From the NCBI RefSeq assembly GCF_001194135.2, contig NC_068999.1:18497022-18560777 (forward strand): 63,756 nt of DNA, in the 5' to 3' direction. A program made the translations under genes and the position numbers. The notes beneath the pieces were generated by a model, which made no database searches, was not told where the DNA came from, and was given only the letters and a program-made list of their open reading frames with translations. Shown here in pieces: positions 25,916 through 38,774 of this stretch. This stretch comes from Octopus bimaculoides. Its lineage: Eukaryota. Every line of letters begins with the position of its first letter. Position 1 is the stretch's first letter.

Positions 25916-27107
25916 ACATACACAAACACAAACACACACACGCACGCAAACGCCCACACATATATGTGTATTTGTATATGCATATGCATATATATAAAAA
26001 TATAAATACATATATATATACATTTATATACATATTGAAATGTATAGTATATATGTAATACATATATCATTATATACATGCGTGAACAAAAACAAAATTA
26101 GATAAATGTACATATATAGCATTATATATACGTATATATGTCCATATATATATATGTATGTATNNNNNNNNNNNNNNNNNNNNNNNNNNNNNNNNNNNNN
26201 NNNNNNNNNNNNNNNNNNNNNNNNNNNNNNNNNNNNNNNNNNNNNNNNNNNNNNNNNNNNNNNNNNNNNNNNNNNNNNNNNNNNNNNNNNNNNNNNNNNN
26301 NNNNNNNNNNNNNNNNNNNNNNNNNNNNNNNNNNNNNNNNNNNNNNNNNNNNNNNNNNNNNNNNNNNNNNNNNNNNNNNNNNNNNNNNNNNNNNNNNNNN
26401 NNNNNNNNNNNNNNNNNNNNNNNNNNNNNNNNNNNNNNNNNNNNNNNNNNNNNNNNNNNNNNNNNNNNNNNNNNNNNNNNNNNNNNNNNNNNNNNNNNNN
26501 NNNNNNNNNNNNNNNNNNNNNNNNNNNNNNNNNNNNNNNNNNNNNNNNNNNNNNNNNNNNNNNNNNNNNNNNNNNNNNNNNNNNNNNNNNNNNNNNNNNN
26601 NNNNNNNNNNNNNNNNNNNNNNNNNNNNNNNNNNNNNNNNNNNNNNNNNNNNNNNNNNNNNNNNNNNNNNNNNNNNNNNNNNNNNNNNNNNNNNNNNNNN
26701 NNNNNNNNNNNNNNNNNNNNNNNNNNNNNNNNNNNNNNNNNNNNNNNNNNNNNNNNNNNNNNNNNNNNNNNNNNNNNNNNNNNNNNNNNNNNNNNNNNNN
26801 NNNNNNNNNNNNNNNNNNNNNNNNNNNNNNNNNNNNNNNNNNNNNNNNNNNNNNNNNNNNNNNNNNNNNNNNNNNNNNNNNNNNNNNNNNNNNNNNNNNN
26901 NNNNNNNNNNNNNNNNNNNNNNNNNNNNNNNNNNNNNNNNNNNNNNNNNNNNNNNNNNNNNNNNNNNNNNNNNNNNNNNNNNNNNNNNNNNNNNNNNNNN
27001 NNNNNNNNNNNNNNNNNNNNNNNNNNNNNNNNNNNNNNNNNNNNNNNNNNNNNNNNNNNNNNNNNNNNNNNNNNNNNNNNNNNNNNNNNNNNNNNNNNNN
27101 NNNNNNN

Positions 27108-27140
<33 letters not shown>

Positions 27141-27936
27141 TGTGTGTGACTGTATTCATGCCTGTGTGTTTGTGACTGTGTATCAATAAACGTTGTAAAA
27201 ACAACATATGCATTAAAGTGGTCAGGAATTAATTATTTTCTTTCCAACTTATTCGCATGCAGAAACACAGACACATATACGTACATACGTATCTATAATA
27301 CATAGGTATGTGTGCGTATGATTGTGCGTATACATGTGCAAAGACTTTATGAATGGTTATATCGTTCAATGTATGTAACATATGTACACGTCAATATGTA
27401 TATATATACAATCATATTTCAGTATATGTACGAATATATCCATATATAGATGTAAAGGCATAACTAGTTGGATAGATAATTTCAATGGAAACTGGTACAG
27501 CATGAGTCATACACAAACATATACACAATGTAAGAGCGAAGCTTTCAATCGTTTCTTTCATTAACTCCAAAATAATTTCATTGTCTACCGAGCATGTCGT
27601 CTGCTTTAACAGAATTCGATTTCTATCAGACCATCGGGATGTTATTTACTTATTACTCATATGTTCCCTATCACTATAGATTTATTTACTGAACAATTTT
27701 ATTTTTCGTTCTATAGGGAAAATCGTTTTACAAAAACTCACAATTGCTGTACAAAGACCTATATCATCTCTCTGAAAGACTGCACATATATAGAGGCATG
27801 CATGCTTACACAGATGCATATATACATACATAATGATAATATTATTATTATTATTTTCATTATTATTATTATTTTTATTATTATCAGTAGTAGTAGTAGT
27901 AGTAGTTGTAGTAGTAGTAGTAGTAGTAGTATTTAT

Positions 27937-28040
27937 CCGGTGAGCTGGCTGAATTTTTAGCATGTGGGTAGAACGCTTCGCGGCGTTTCGTCTGTTTTTA
28001 CGTTGTGAGTTCAAATTCCAACGAGGTCTACTTTGCCGTT
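27937..28040 (+). mobile_element. SINE family A, 3'-truncated copy
   Basis: GGTGAGCTGGCTGAATTTTTAGCATG..GTGAGTTCAAATTCCAACGAGGTCTACTTTGCC; follows an (ATT)/(AGT) tract. Confidence 0.75.
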
Positions 28041-28265
28041 TGTTTCTGTCTTTTGTTTCTGTTTTTTTCCTATCTTTTTTTTCTTTTTGCCTTTTATAAA
28101 ATTTAAACTGATGATGTCATTCCATCTTCCTGTCAAGGCTGGTTGCTCGCATTCATACTTTAAATTTAAATTTCTATAATTTTGAATTTTTTCCATTTCT
28201 TATTTTGCACGCGACAAAGAACGACTTGCTGACGAAATATAGTTCAACCAATAAAATAACTGTTG

Positions 28266-28290
28266 TAATAATAATAATAATAATAATAAT
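28266..28290. repeat. (TAA)n tract at the 5' junction of a LINE
   Basis: TAATAATAA... directly followed by LINE RT sequence. Confidence 0.95.
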
Positions 28291-29617
28291 TCAAGGTGAC
28301 TGGATAAAGAAATTTCTTAGGAGGCTGAAGTAAACAATTCAGGATTGCCTTAATGGAGGAATAATAGTAGATTGGATGACTAGAGGGAATACTTTACTCA
28401 TTATGAAATATAAAAGCAAGGGTAATACAGATAGCAATTATAGTTCAAATACATGCTTTCCATTAGTGTGGAAGCTATTAACAGGAATGCTTTCAGAAAG
28501 CGCTTACGACCCTCTTGGCCAGCAGTATTTAGTGCAAAAAGAACAAAAAACTTGCAGGAATGCATGAACTCTGAAACATAAACAAAGCATTTCTAAATGA
28601 AGTAAAAGCTAGAAAGAGAAATTGAACAATAGTATGGATACATTACTTGAATGCATATGACAGGATCCCAGAAGAGTATTATTTATCTTTAGCATGAAAA
28701 AATGCAAAGTAGATCTCTAGTCAGTTGACACAGTGTTAGGGAAGGTTAATGCCAAGAGAGGAATTTTTCAAGGCGATTCATTATGCCCTTTAACATTTGT
28801 CTTATGTTTGATTCCGCTCAGTTAAGTATAAAAGAAGGCAAAGGTAGGGGATCAGTTCTAAAATAGTAAGGGAAAAATTAACCATTTACTCTACCTGGAT
28901 GATCTGAAGCATCTTTGCAAGAATGAAAAAGAGACATATTACTTAATAGGCTGTAAGACGCTTCAGCGAAGATATAGGCATGGAAATAGGCAGAGAAAAG
29001 AATAGCAATGTGAATCATAAAAATACGACAAATAGACAGCAGTGAAGGCATGCAGTTACTAGATGGTTAGACATTAAAATCCTTGAAAGTAGAAGAAAGT
29101 TATAAGCATTTAGGAGTATTAGAAGCTGACAGATTACTAACTATAGAAATGAAAACGAAAATTGAGATGGAGTATAACATATGTTTAAGGAAGCTAATGA
29201 AATCAAAGCTTAATGTCTCGAATCTTGAGAAAGCTGTAAATACTTGGGCACTATCATTACTTAGATACTCAGCAGCTGTTTTTAGATTGGACAAAAACTC
29301 ATTTAGCAAAGCTAGATAGACGAAATAGGAAGGAAGTCAAAATAAATGGAGGAATCCACTCAGGGGTAGGAGATTGCAAGAATATACTTACCTAGAAAGT
29401 AAGATGGAACTGGTACATATCACTAGAATACTGCGGGGAGTGAGCTAGAGTAAATATAGACTATGGTGTAGTTAATAGTGAAGGAAGTTTATTAAGACAT
29501 AGGGAAACATTATTAAGAGTTGTCATAACACAGCCAAAAATCAGTGTTAAAACCAGCAATAAAAGTTATCTCACTAGAGAAGGTTTTCGATTGTAGATTC
29601 CCAAAGATAGTTGCAGC

Positions 29618-29687
<70 letters not shown>

Positions 29688-30290
29688 AGTAGTAGTAGTG
29701 AGACATGGGTATGGTAGCAGATAAGAAGGCTGAAAAGGGGGGCACAAAGTGTGTTAGTAGCTACACAAGATCAAGCATGAAGGACTAATCGGATACAAGC
29801 CAAGACAGACAGAACCTAAGTAGATTCCCAATGTAAATTATGCAATTCAAAATAGGAAAGTGTTACTCATATTGCAAGTGAATGTAGCATACTGGCACAG
29901 AATGAATAGAATGAAATACATGACAATCTGGGAGAGTACTCAACTGGGAGTTATGTAGAAAGCTAAGAATTGAACATATTGATAAATATTGTGAACATGA
30001 ACCTAGTAAAATACTAGAAAGTAAGAAATATGAGATGTTCTGGAATTGATTTAGCAGTAGAAGACAAAGGGAAGAGAAAGTGCCAAATAATTGACTTTAC
30101 AGTCCCAAATGATGACAAAATAAATAAGGGAGGAATAGCAAAAATATCATAGTGCCACGATCAAACACTGAATTACAGAGACTATGGAAAGTGCAAGTAA
30201 AATATTTCCCAGTGGTTATGGTGCATTGGGAACTATCCCTGAAGTTCTGAACACATGGATAGACGAAATAGGCAGCAGTAGTAATAGTCA
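28291..30290 (+). mobile_element. 5'-truncated RLE-type (R4/Dong-like) LINE, copy 1: RT, CCHC, RLE
   Basis: WMTRGNTLLIMK..NYSSNTCFPLVWKLLTG; KRGIFQGDSLCPLTFVL; KINHLLYLDDLK; YKHLGVLEAD..KSKLN..AVNTWA; CKLCNSK*ESVTHIASECSILAQ; IIDFTVP..LWKVQVKYFPVVMGALGTIP. Many stops. Confidence 0.9.
29619..29699. repeat. (AGT)n microsatellite inside LINE copy 1
   Basis: Near-perfect AGT run with two TGG variants. Confidence 0.95.
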
Positions 30291-30294
30291 CCAT

Positions 30295-31018
30295 AAGCTG
30301 AGACTGAGGGAGCATCTTCAGGATTTGCCTTAACGGAGGAATAATACCAGATTAGATGACCAGAGGGAGGAGAATACTCATTATGAAAGATAAAATATAG
30401 GGTAATACAGCTAGCAACTATATACCAATCATTCGCTTAAAATTAGTATGGAATTTGGTAACAGGAATGCTTTCAAAGAGAATTTACGAGCAGCTTGAAA
30501 ACCAGAATTTATTGCAAGAACAGAAAAGCTGCAGAATGTAGGGTAGAAGAACGCATACTCTATTATACGTAGACAAACCAGTTCTAAATGAAGTAAAGGC
30601 AGGAAAGAACAAATCTAACGTTAGTATGGTTAGATTATAGGAAATGCTGTTACATGATCCCACACCAATGGCTAAGTGTATATTCAGTGTAGCAGCCATC
30701 ATAAGAGAGTTAATTACAAAGACTACGGAATGTGCGGTTAAAAGCATTCTAGTAGGTGTATTGGGAACAATCCTTAAAGATCTGAACAGATGGATAGAGG
30801 AAATAGGCATAAAACACTGTTTAGTACAGCTCCAGAAAACAGTATTATTACGGACAGCTAGGATACTTAGAAGGTTTCTTGGTATCTAAGGTTATTTGCT
30901 GTAGCCCGATAGGAGGGTTGTTGGCATCTAAGTTTGCTCCTTGTAACCCGATGTTAGTATTCTTGTCTTTTCTTTTCCAACAGTCAGATCTGTTGAGTAT
31001 ATATGAAAAAAAAAAAAA

Positions 31019-31020
<2 letters not shown>
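30295..31020 (+). mobile_element. RLE-type LINE copy 2: N-terminal RT fragment fused to RLE C-terminus, then 3' UTR and A15/(TAA)n tail
   Basis: 30295-30645 is homologous to 28320-28660. It is followed directly by SILVGVLGTILKDLNRWIEEIG..LQKTVLLRTARILRRFLGI* (stop at 30889), then the UTR, A15 (31006-31020) and (TAA)n. Confidence 0.8.
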
Positions 31021-31053
<33 letters not shown>

Positions 31054-31087
31054 NNNNNNNNNNTAATAATAATAATAATAATAATAA

Positions 31088-31118
<31 letters not shown>

Positions 31119-31170
31119 AAGAAGAAGAAGAAGAAGAAGAAGAAGAACAACAACAACAACAAGACCAAGA
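31006..31170. repeat. A15-(TAA)n-gap-(GAA)n-(CAA)n compound tract
   Basis: Direct inspection. Confidence 0.95.
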
Positions 31171-31507
31171 ACAAGACGAATATAATTTATGGAAATGCAA
31201 GTATTTCTGTAAATCGATTGTCATTTTTACGAATGGCAGTTAGCCAGATGTCATAGTACACTTGAAGCCGCCTCTTCGTGCTCGTATCTTAAAATTCAAA
31301 AATTGATGGAATGTTTTCTCTTAATATATATGACAGCCCAGTAAATTCTACTGTGTTGATACATTTTATGTCCTATGAATCCCTGTGCACACATTTAGTA
31401 ATCCTACACACCTAATTCCCTACCTACCCACCTACAATCAGACCTACATTCACACAACACAATCATGCATACATCCATGCAACACACACATACGCATACA
31501 CACGCAA

Positions 31508-31545
<38 letters not shown>

Positions 31546-31650
31546 ACCAAACATGAATGAGCAAGAAAAAACACGTAAAAACAACAACGCGAGGACGTGG
31601 AATAAGTGCAGTGCTATTGGACGCTAAGAAAAGGAAAGACAAGGAAGAGG

Positions 31651-31685
31651 ATTTCATGTTTCGAGCGGAGCTCTTCATCAGAAAT
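31651..31685 (-). ncRNA. Minimal type I hammerhead-ribozyme-like motif (degenerate) within a Penelope/pLTR-like repeat at about 31545-31750
   Basis: Minus strand reads ATTT-CTGATGA-A-GAGC-TCC-GCTC-GAAA-CATG-AAAT: intact CUGAUGA and GAAA core, 4-bp stem II, 4-bp stem I. The cleavage triplet would be AUG, which is non-canonical. Confidence 0.45.
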
Positions 31686-33423
31686 ATAGAAAAAGTCCAA
31701 AGAAGGGAAGACGGAGAAAGAAAATCGCCAACAATACACACGCGATCATGTAGGAAAAAAAGAATTAAAGAACCCGTGCGAAATATTATATATACATTCT
31801 AAAGGGATCAAAATCAGTTAACTAAACTTTTCACAGATCGCCACGTGAATCCACATTGTGCATGAAGTCCATTTTACCGACCAGTCCATTTATTTGAATG
31901 TAATTTCAAACACCGAAGGAATGGAGTATATATTTATTATATAATAGCAGAGTAAAATAGACAAACACCAAATAATTTAATCCTAATTTAATCTGCTAAT
32001 AGTATATCACAATGCATTAATTGTGTATATATAATTATTCACATTTTCGATCGAATAAAATACTACCGGCAGGCAGGCATTTAATGTTAGATCATTTTTT
32101 ATCAAATCTATTTCATCACCGCTTATATCGCTGGACATTTTTATGTATCGAGCAGAAGATTCGGGTCTGTGCTTTGCTAAATTTGCAGTTGACCATCTCT
32201 TACTTTAAGTTGTATAGATGTATTCTTTCTAGAACTACTTAGGATTCGTATTTATCTCAGATCTAATATGGTGTGCTCATACACACCAGGCCAATCATCA
32301 CTACATATTGCCTAACACATGCATATGTGTTAACTGACTATTTGAAATATATGAAATGGCAGCGTACGTTGTATTAATCGTCTTTTACAGAAATATTACT
32401 CAATATTGAATTGTAATTTGATTCGTTTTATCTCACATTATATATAAAAAATATAGAAAACTGGCAATATTGATAGAAATTATGAAGGGAAAAAAATTGG
32501 AAAAGATTAAGGAGAATATTCCATTACATTCTGGAAGAGATATTAGGAATAATTATAATCCAAATCGGAATAAAGAAACTCAAATTGAAGTGACTATAAT
32601 GAATTAATAAAAACGGCCGATAACTGTAAGTAATAAACGGCGCTTATTGGATGATCTTATAGTATATAATAATCCTAAGAAGGATTATTTATAATAGAAT
32701 TTCACGGTAAGATGCTTAAAATAATAAGCGTTTCTATTTCGGAATATATATCAAAAATAAAATATACCTTTAAATGCGTTAAAATAATGAAGATAGAAAA
32801 AGCACTTAATTATATGAAATGCTAAATATATTTTGAATATATCCAAAAGAATTGAGATTAATTTTAAAAATAATAAGCAATAACATCATTTAAAGAATCA
32901 TATAAATATATATTTTGAATTATACTTGCTATATTAAATACACATTCTATTTAAATGTCTACAGCGTAGCACTAATTTATTTATATACGTTAATTTGGTA
33001 TATTTAGATTTAAGTATATGTTCTGAAGGTAGAGGTTACTCATGATTTTCATACCTTATAGCGTAACGTGTAAGTAGAGCATTTAATACCGTACCATCAT
33101 TACGTTTAATCTCCAGGTTGACTTAAGTAACGTCTAGGCCCCAGTTGACTTAAATACCTGAAAGTTTTCCCCAGTGTGATCGTTTTCCAGAAAAAAAAAC
33201 TGGTTTGTGTGCCCCCCATATATGTTCACGGGGCGGGTCCAAATCTTTTCAGATTACTCATATACTGTGTTGCTCTATCATGGTAAGATACTCTGCAGTT
33301 GCAAGGTTTTACATGGAAACAGCATGACCGATAGTTTCATATTACTATTATTATTGTTGATGGTGGTGTTTATTGATGTTGGTATTCTTGTTATTATTAT
33401 TGTTCTTGTTGTTGCTGTTGTTG

Positions 33424-33425
<2 letters not shown>

Positions 33426-33485
<60 letters not shown>

Positions 33486-33487
33486 TT
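33426..33487. repeat. (ATT)n tract, the (AAT)n tail or target of the adjacent minus-strand LINE
   Basis: Direct inspection. Confidence 0.95.
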
Positions 33488-34990
33488 ATGTTTGACTTTT
33501 GCTTTGCATTTGTACAAGTCTGATTCAAGTCTCAGCCAGAGACCTCAAGAGACAACAAGTTAGAAGTTCATGTAGGTGTTATGCCTAGGGTACCATATAT
33601 TTGGATTTGTACATAGTGTTGTTCTAGAGAATGTTTAAGAAACCATAAGAAAATCATGTGTTTGTTTTAAAATTTGAGATCACATAGACAGTATTTTACG
33701 TAGGATACGGGCAGTTCCCATGAGCACTATCTTTTGAACTTCAGCCATTTTGGGGTTTCCTGGTATCTGAGCTAGGTAGTAATCAGCCCGTTTCGCTGAC
33801 ATTCCCAGGGTACCTATGACAATAGGTATTGTTTTAGTCTGCAGGTTCCACATTTTACTAATTTCTATTTCAAGATCTTTATATTTGCTCAGTTTTTAGT
33901 AGGTCTTGACAGATACGTTTATATCGATTGGGACAGCCATCTCAATGAGGAAGCATGATTTTTGTCTGAAGTCTTTCAGTATGATGTCTGGCCTATTTGC
34001 ATCTATCTTTCNNNNNNNNNNTTTGTCTGAAGTCTTTCAGTATGATGTCTGGCCTATTTGCATCTATCTTTCTCTCAGTTCGAATGGTGACGTTCCAGAG
34101 GAGTGCGATGTGATCATTTTCAAGTACTGGGGATGGTTTGTGTTCCCACCAGTTTTTATCATGGGGCAAGTCCAGGTTTTTCCATATTACCTAGTGAATA
34201 TATTGTGCAGCTCTACCATGCCTGTTGAGATACTATGTAGGTGCCAGCAGACTGCACATGGAGACAACATGATCGATGATCTCATTTTGTTTTGGCAGAT
34301 AAGACATAATAGGGAGCTGCCGTTCTTTAATATGTTGGCCTGGTAGTTCTTTGTAGATAGGCATTGATCTTGGGCGCCTATGATAAACTCCTCTGTTTCT
34401 GATTTCAAGCCAGAGGCCATTAGCCATTGATTGGTAACGGCATTTTCAATATCTGCATTATTCGCTCTCTTTGGGTATTTGCCATTGAGAGGTTTTCCAT
34501 GATATTTTTCAGTCATAATGTCTAAGGCAGCAATTTTAGCACGGGTTTTCAAGCGCTTAGCTTTTTCTGCGGGTGTTTCTAGTTCGTTTAATTCTTGAAT
34601 TTGTTGGTTGCAATTGGAATTCACTTAGATAATCCTTTGCCTGTTTTGTTACTGAGTAAGATGCTTTCTTGCTTTCATGTTCTGAGACAAGTTTTAACAT
34701 CCAGTCCTCGGAGTTTTCAGATAGGTGTCTAGGCCAATTGTGGCTACCTTCATTGTCAATGCCAGCTGTAGAAGTCCACGGCCTCCCTCTTTTCTTGGCA
34801 GATAAAGAGTTCTATATCTGCCTTAGGGTGGTGGATTCTATGCATTCTTAACAGTTTACGTATCTTTCTGTCAACATTACATATTTCAGTAATTGACCAG
34901 TTAACGATATTGAAACTGTAAGTCACGACTGGTATGGCTAGGGCATTGATCGCTTCGATCCTGTTTCTTGCGTTCAGCTCTGTATCAGCT
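33488..34990 (-). mobile_element. 5'-truncated RLE-type (R4/Dong-like) LINE with the best-preserved endonuclease in the window, 3' UTR and (AAT)n tail
   Basis: TELNARNRIEAINALAIPVVTYSF..HHPKAD..GGRGLL; WLMASGLKSETEEFIIGAQDQCL..LCLIC; RKIDANRPDIILKDFRQKSCFLIEMAVP..KYKDLEIEISKMW..PIVIGTLG..VQKIVLMGTARILRKILSM* (PD-(D/E)xK-type RLE). Confidence 0.92.
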
Positions 34991-35209
34991 CCCCATTTTC
35001 TAGTAAAGTGTTTATTTCTGAAGTCAATTATAGTGTTCCCAGATTAGTAAGTTATTCTCTACAATAATCGATTATTTCGATCATATTGTAAAACAAAATG
35101 TGTTTTGTAAAATTTTAACCAAGTATTATCTACGGCTTTCTTCAGTCTTTCAGCCACATTATTTTCATTTTACCTGCATATAAATATATTTGCTCACGAC
35201 AAAAACGAC

Positions 35210-35620
35210 TTTTCAAATCCCAAATTAGAGCAATGATGTTACTCTCTGCATTTGACAATTCTCTGCCTGCTGTTCTCCTTGCAAAGTAGAGACTGGCGAT
35301 ATTGATATCAAGTTAGTCTGTGTTATTTACGGGGAAAAAACTTCCCTTCTTAATCCGGTATATTGTGCATACTCTTTGTACACCTAAACATAGCAGACCC
35401 TATCATATCTAAATAACCATGGACTTATTGCTTTGATGAAAATTGCACATAACTTTGCTCGGAGTAATACCCTGACATCTCTCCTGTATATTCCGGAAAC
35501 TTTGTTTCTCATGTTCTTGACACTATTATCTTGCTGAAGACATGGGCACAATTATCTTGGGAACCATTTTGCTGGTGTCCTAATATTATCATATGGTTGC
35601 ATTATCTCATGTTATTTAAG
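35210..35620 (-). mobile_element. Old RLE-type LINE fragment, post-RT region
   Basis: QDNSVKNMRNKVSGIYRRDVRVLLRAKLCA and DINIASLYFARRTAGRELSNAE resemble the EY.RR.R.LL..KL and DI.RLY..R..GGRGL motifs. Confidence 0.55.
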
Positions 35621-38600
35621 TTTCTGACGTATCCAGATGAAACCACATAAATAACCTTCTGAATTGTTTCTTTCATACGAACAAGATTCAATTCCTTACA
35701 TTGACCAAAGAGTACGTGGTCCGTCGTAAACCATTTACTCTTTATCTTTCTTTGAAATTATTGCAATTGCATTTGTTTGATCTGACAAGGTTAGATGTAA
35801 CTCTCGGCAACTTTGGTTACAATTAACTCATGAGGATTGATCAAGTCCGAAACTATGGATGATGCCGCTCGCTTTAAGGAGCATGTCTCCCTTGTCAGTC
35901 ATTAGATAAGTGTTTTCCCATGGCTAAGAGATATTTGGATTCATATTGCTGGGAATGCTGGTGTTGACTAGCACCCTTAGCCATCTTAGTGACATCTATA
36001 CCCGTGACAGACAGTAAAATGACCTTGGCCTTAAACATGTGAACAGTGCATTTAATAACTGCATTGACGATCACACTTTCCCATGGGTTATGAAGGAATA
36101 TCTGAAGGTTTTTAATTTTCCATTACATATTTTGATAGTTACATTGTTTCCTTTTCAGTAAATCAAGCAATTGTAATAACTCGAAAGTATGCAAATTAAA
36201 GAAAAATAAATATTACCGAAATTGATTCACGTGAGTTGCTTCATGCATTGGAATCATTCGGAATAGAACTTGATAAACACCGTGCGATACTTATAATTGA
36301 GGCAATATTTCTCAAAATGTACCCGCTGTGAGAGAGACATAATCAATATATAATTGTTGTCTAACTAACAATACAGCATTTTTAGCGTCTTATCCCAGCT
36401 TTAATGGCAATGAGGTATTATGTTTTCACGAGAAATATCAGCGGAAAAGACCTTTGTGTTTCCGACCATGACATCTGTTGTCGACAGAGACATACGTTAT
36501 CGGCTTCAATATAGTATATTCGCCATAAGAGTACTGGAAGCGAGTAACGTACTCCAACACTTGACACCAAAACCAAGTGAATTATGCCACGAGTTCATAC
36601 CTTCTTACCTCATCTCCTAAGTTTACAACTTACTTTTTCGTTCATCCTATGACATAATTTCAGATATATAGAGCATTTAACTATAAATTTTGGAGAAGAT
36701 TGTTTGACTTATTCGTCAATGATTTTTTATATACGTCCAGTAAATTTCTTTCCTGGCTCTTCTGAAATGTCAATTGTTCAAGGAAAATTAGATCGAGATA
36801 TTACGATTTTGAGAGATTGAGATACAATGAAAATATCACTAACAATGCGTTGTTGTTCTGTTACTACATCAAGAGCAGTATTGATAACTTGTTGTCAATA
36901 ATTACCCAAAAACTCGGAATAATAGCAATAATAGCAACTATAATGTGACAATAACGCAATCATCAACATGTGTAGCTTCAAGATGCATGATTGAGAGCAG
37001 AAGCGAAAGTTACATAGCAGATTTAATTTCTATGTTATACGTTATAAGAGTTACTACATTTCCAAGGACATAAAATGAAAATAATAATACAAGATGGGAT
37101 GAAAATATATTTTCAAAATTAACTTGAGAAAAAGCATAGAATATATGGAACAATGGTATTTATACAATATTCATTAACCTGTTCTAAAGCCTTAATGGAA
37201 AATTAGTTATTAAACAATTATTAATTTATTTGATCAAACAAACTTTAAATTGTATGTACATGCGCGCATTTCTCTTAAAAAAACAGAACAGTAAAAGTAG
37301 AATTATTGTTCGTGATTGACGTTTATTAAATGTAAGGTAGATTTTAATATAAACAGTATCTAACTGCGAGAAAAGTTTTTGATTTCAATCTCTGCTGTTA
37401 TCCATTAAGAAATACAACCATAATTGCCGAGAAAATGTATGTTATCTGATATGGTGTATCCAACATAAAAAAATGCACAAACAGTTCACATTTCTAATTA
37501 AAAATAATCCTAATCTTATCGTAAACGTGATAAATCAGTTTCAATAGTGTAATTTATCCTAAGATGAACAAGAACATATAAATATATGGCAAGACAATAT
37601 ACTCAAGTTTCTCAACTCAATAGGCAAATTTTTCAAAATGGTTCATATTTGGTTTCTATTATTTGTTTCTATTTTCGAATGTTTTTTTGTGTTGTTTTGT
37701 GTACATTTTATTTATTAATGTATTTATTGAGAATTGTAGATTACGTTGATATTTTCAATGTAATTACAACTCGGATCTAGAGAGACGTTTCAGAATCGTG
37801 AGGTTAAATATATCTTTCTAATTCAATGGAAACGATAAAAACATTATTGACTATAAGAGTGGTAATGAATTAGAAAGACAAGATACGCCAGTTATTCATT
37901 TACTTTCGGATGATTATGATTAATACGATTCGCAATAATTACTGCAGCGACAGATAATAATAATATTTAGCATAAAACTAATTATTATGTTGAACAATGA
38001 ATATAGCAATGTACATATATATATATATATATATATANNNNNNNNNNNNNNNNNNNNNNNNNNNNNNNNNNNNNNNNNNNNNNNNNNNNNNNNNNNNNNN
38101 NNNNNNNNNNNNNNNNNNNNNNTATATAACAATGATATATTTGGGTCATGTTGTTTTTACCATACTTACGTCTTCACTCTCAGTCTCTCAATTTAATAAC
38201 TTGCCGTTACGTTGAACACGTCGTGAACTTCTTGAAAGGTGTTTATTTTGCTACATGATATTTAATTTTGAAAACAATTCCCAATATTGAAATTATAAGT
38301 AAAATTTGCATCAGCTATTATACGATGAACTTTAGTTCAAACATGCTGAACCAATCAAAATAACACTTCACAGTTAAAGTAGCTTAAACATTTAATGAAC
38401 ACGGAATTATTGTATTGCCAGAAAGAGGAAAATACTATTTTGTGCTTAGTGATTAAATTTAGATTTGGCATTTTCAGCAAGTGAAGACACTTGAAATAAC
38501 TGTGTTCCTATTAAACAGCATGAAGTGTCAGTAGTACAATCCCTACAACAAGTAATTCAAGATATAATATAGCTGTGTATACATATATAATTATGATAGT

Positions 38601-38774
38601 GGCCAGAAATCATGTAACTGACCAAATCACCTCAGTTAGTATCACACAAAAATAGCTATATCCACTTCAGTAAGCCTATAAATAATGGGTCACAAGTAAT
38701 CCTCACTTTTTCTTGCTTCACTTGCGTTTTCATTTAACATTTAGTCAATATATAATTAATAATTTATGAAACTG

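Noticed and set aside
33962-34072. About 50-bp direct repeat inside the LINE endonuclease
   Set aside because: Identical copies flank a 10-N gap, which is a typical unmerged contig overlap.
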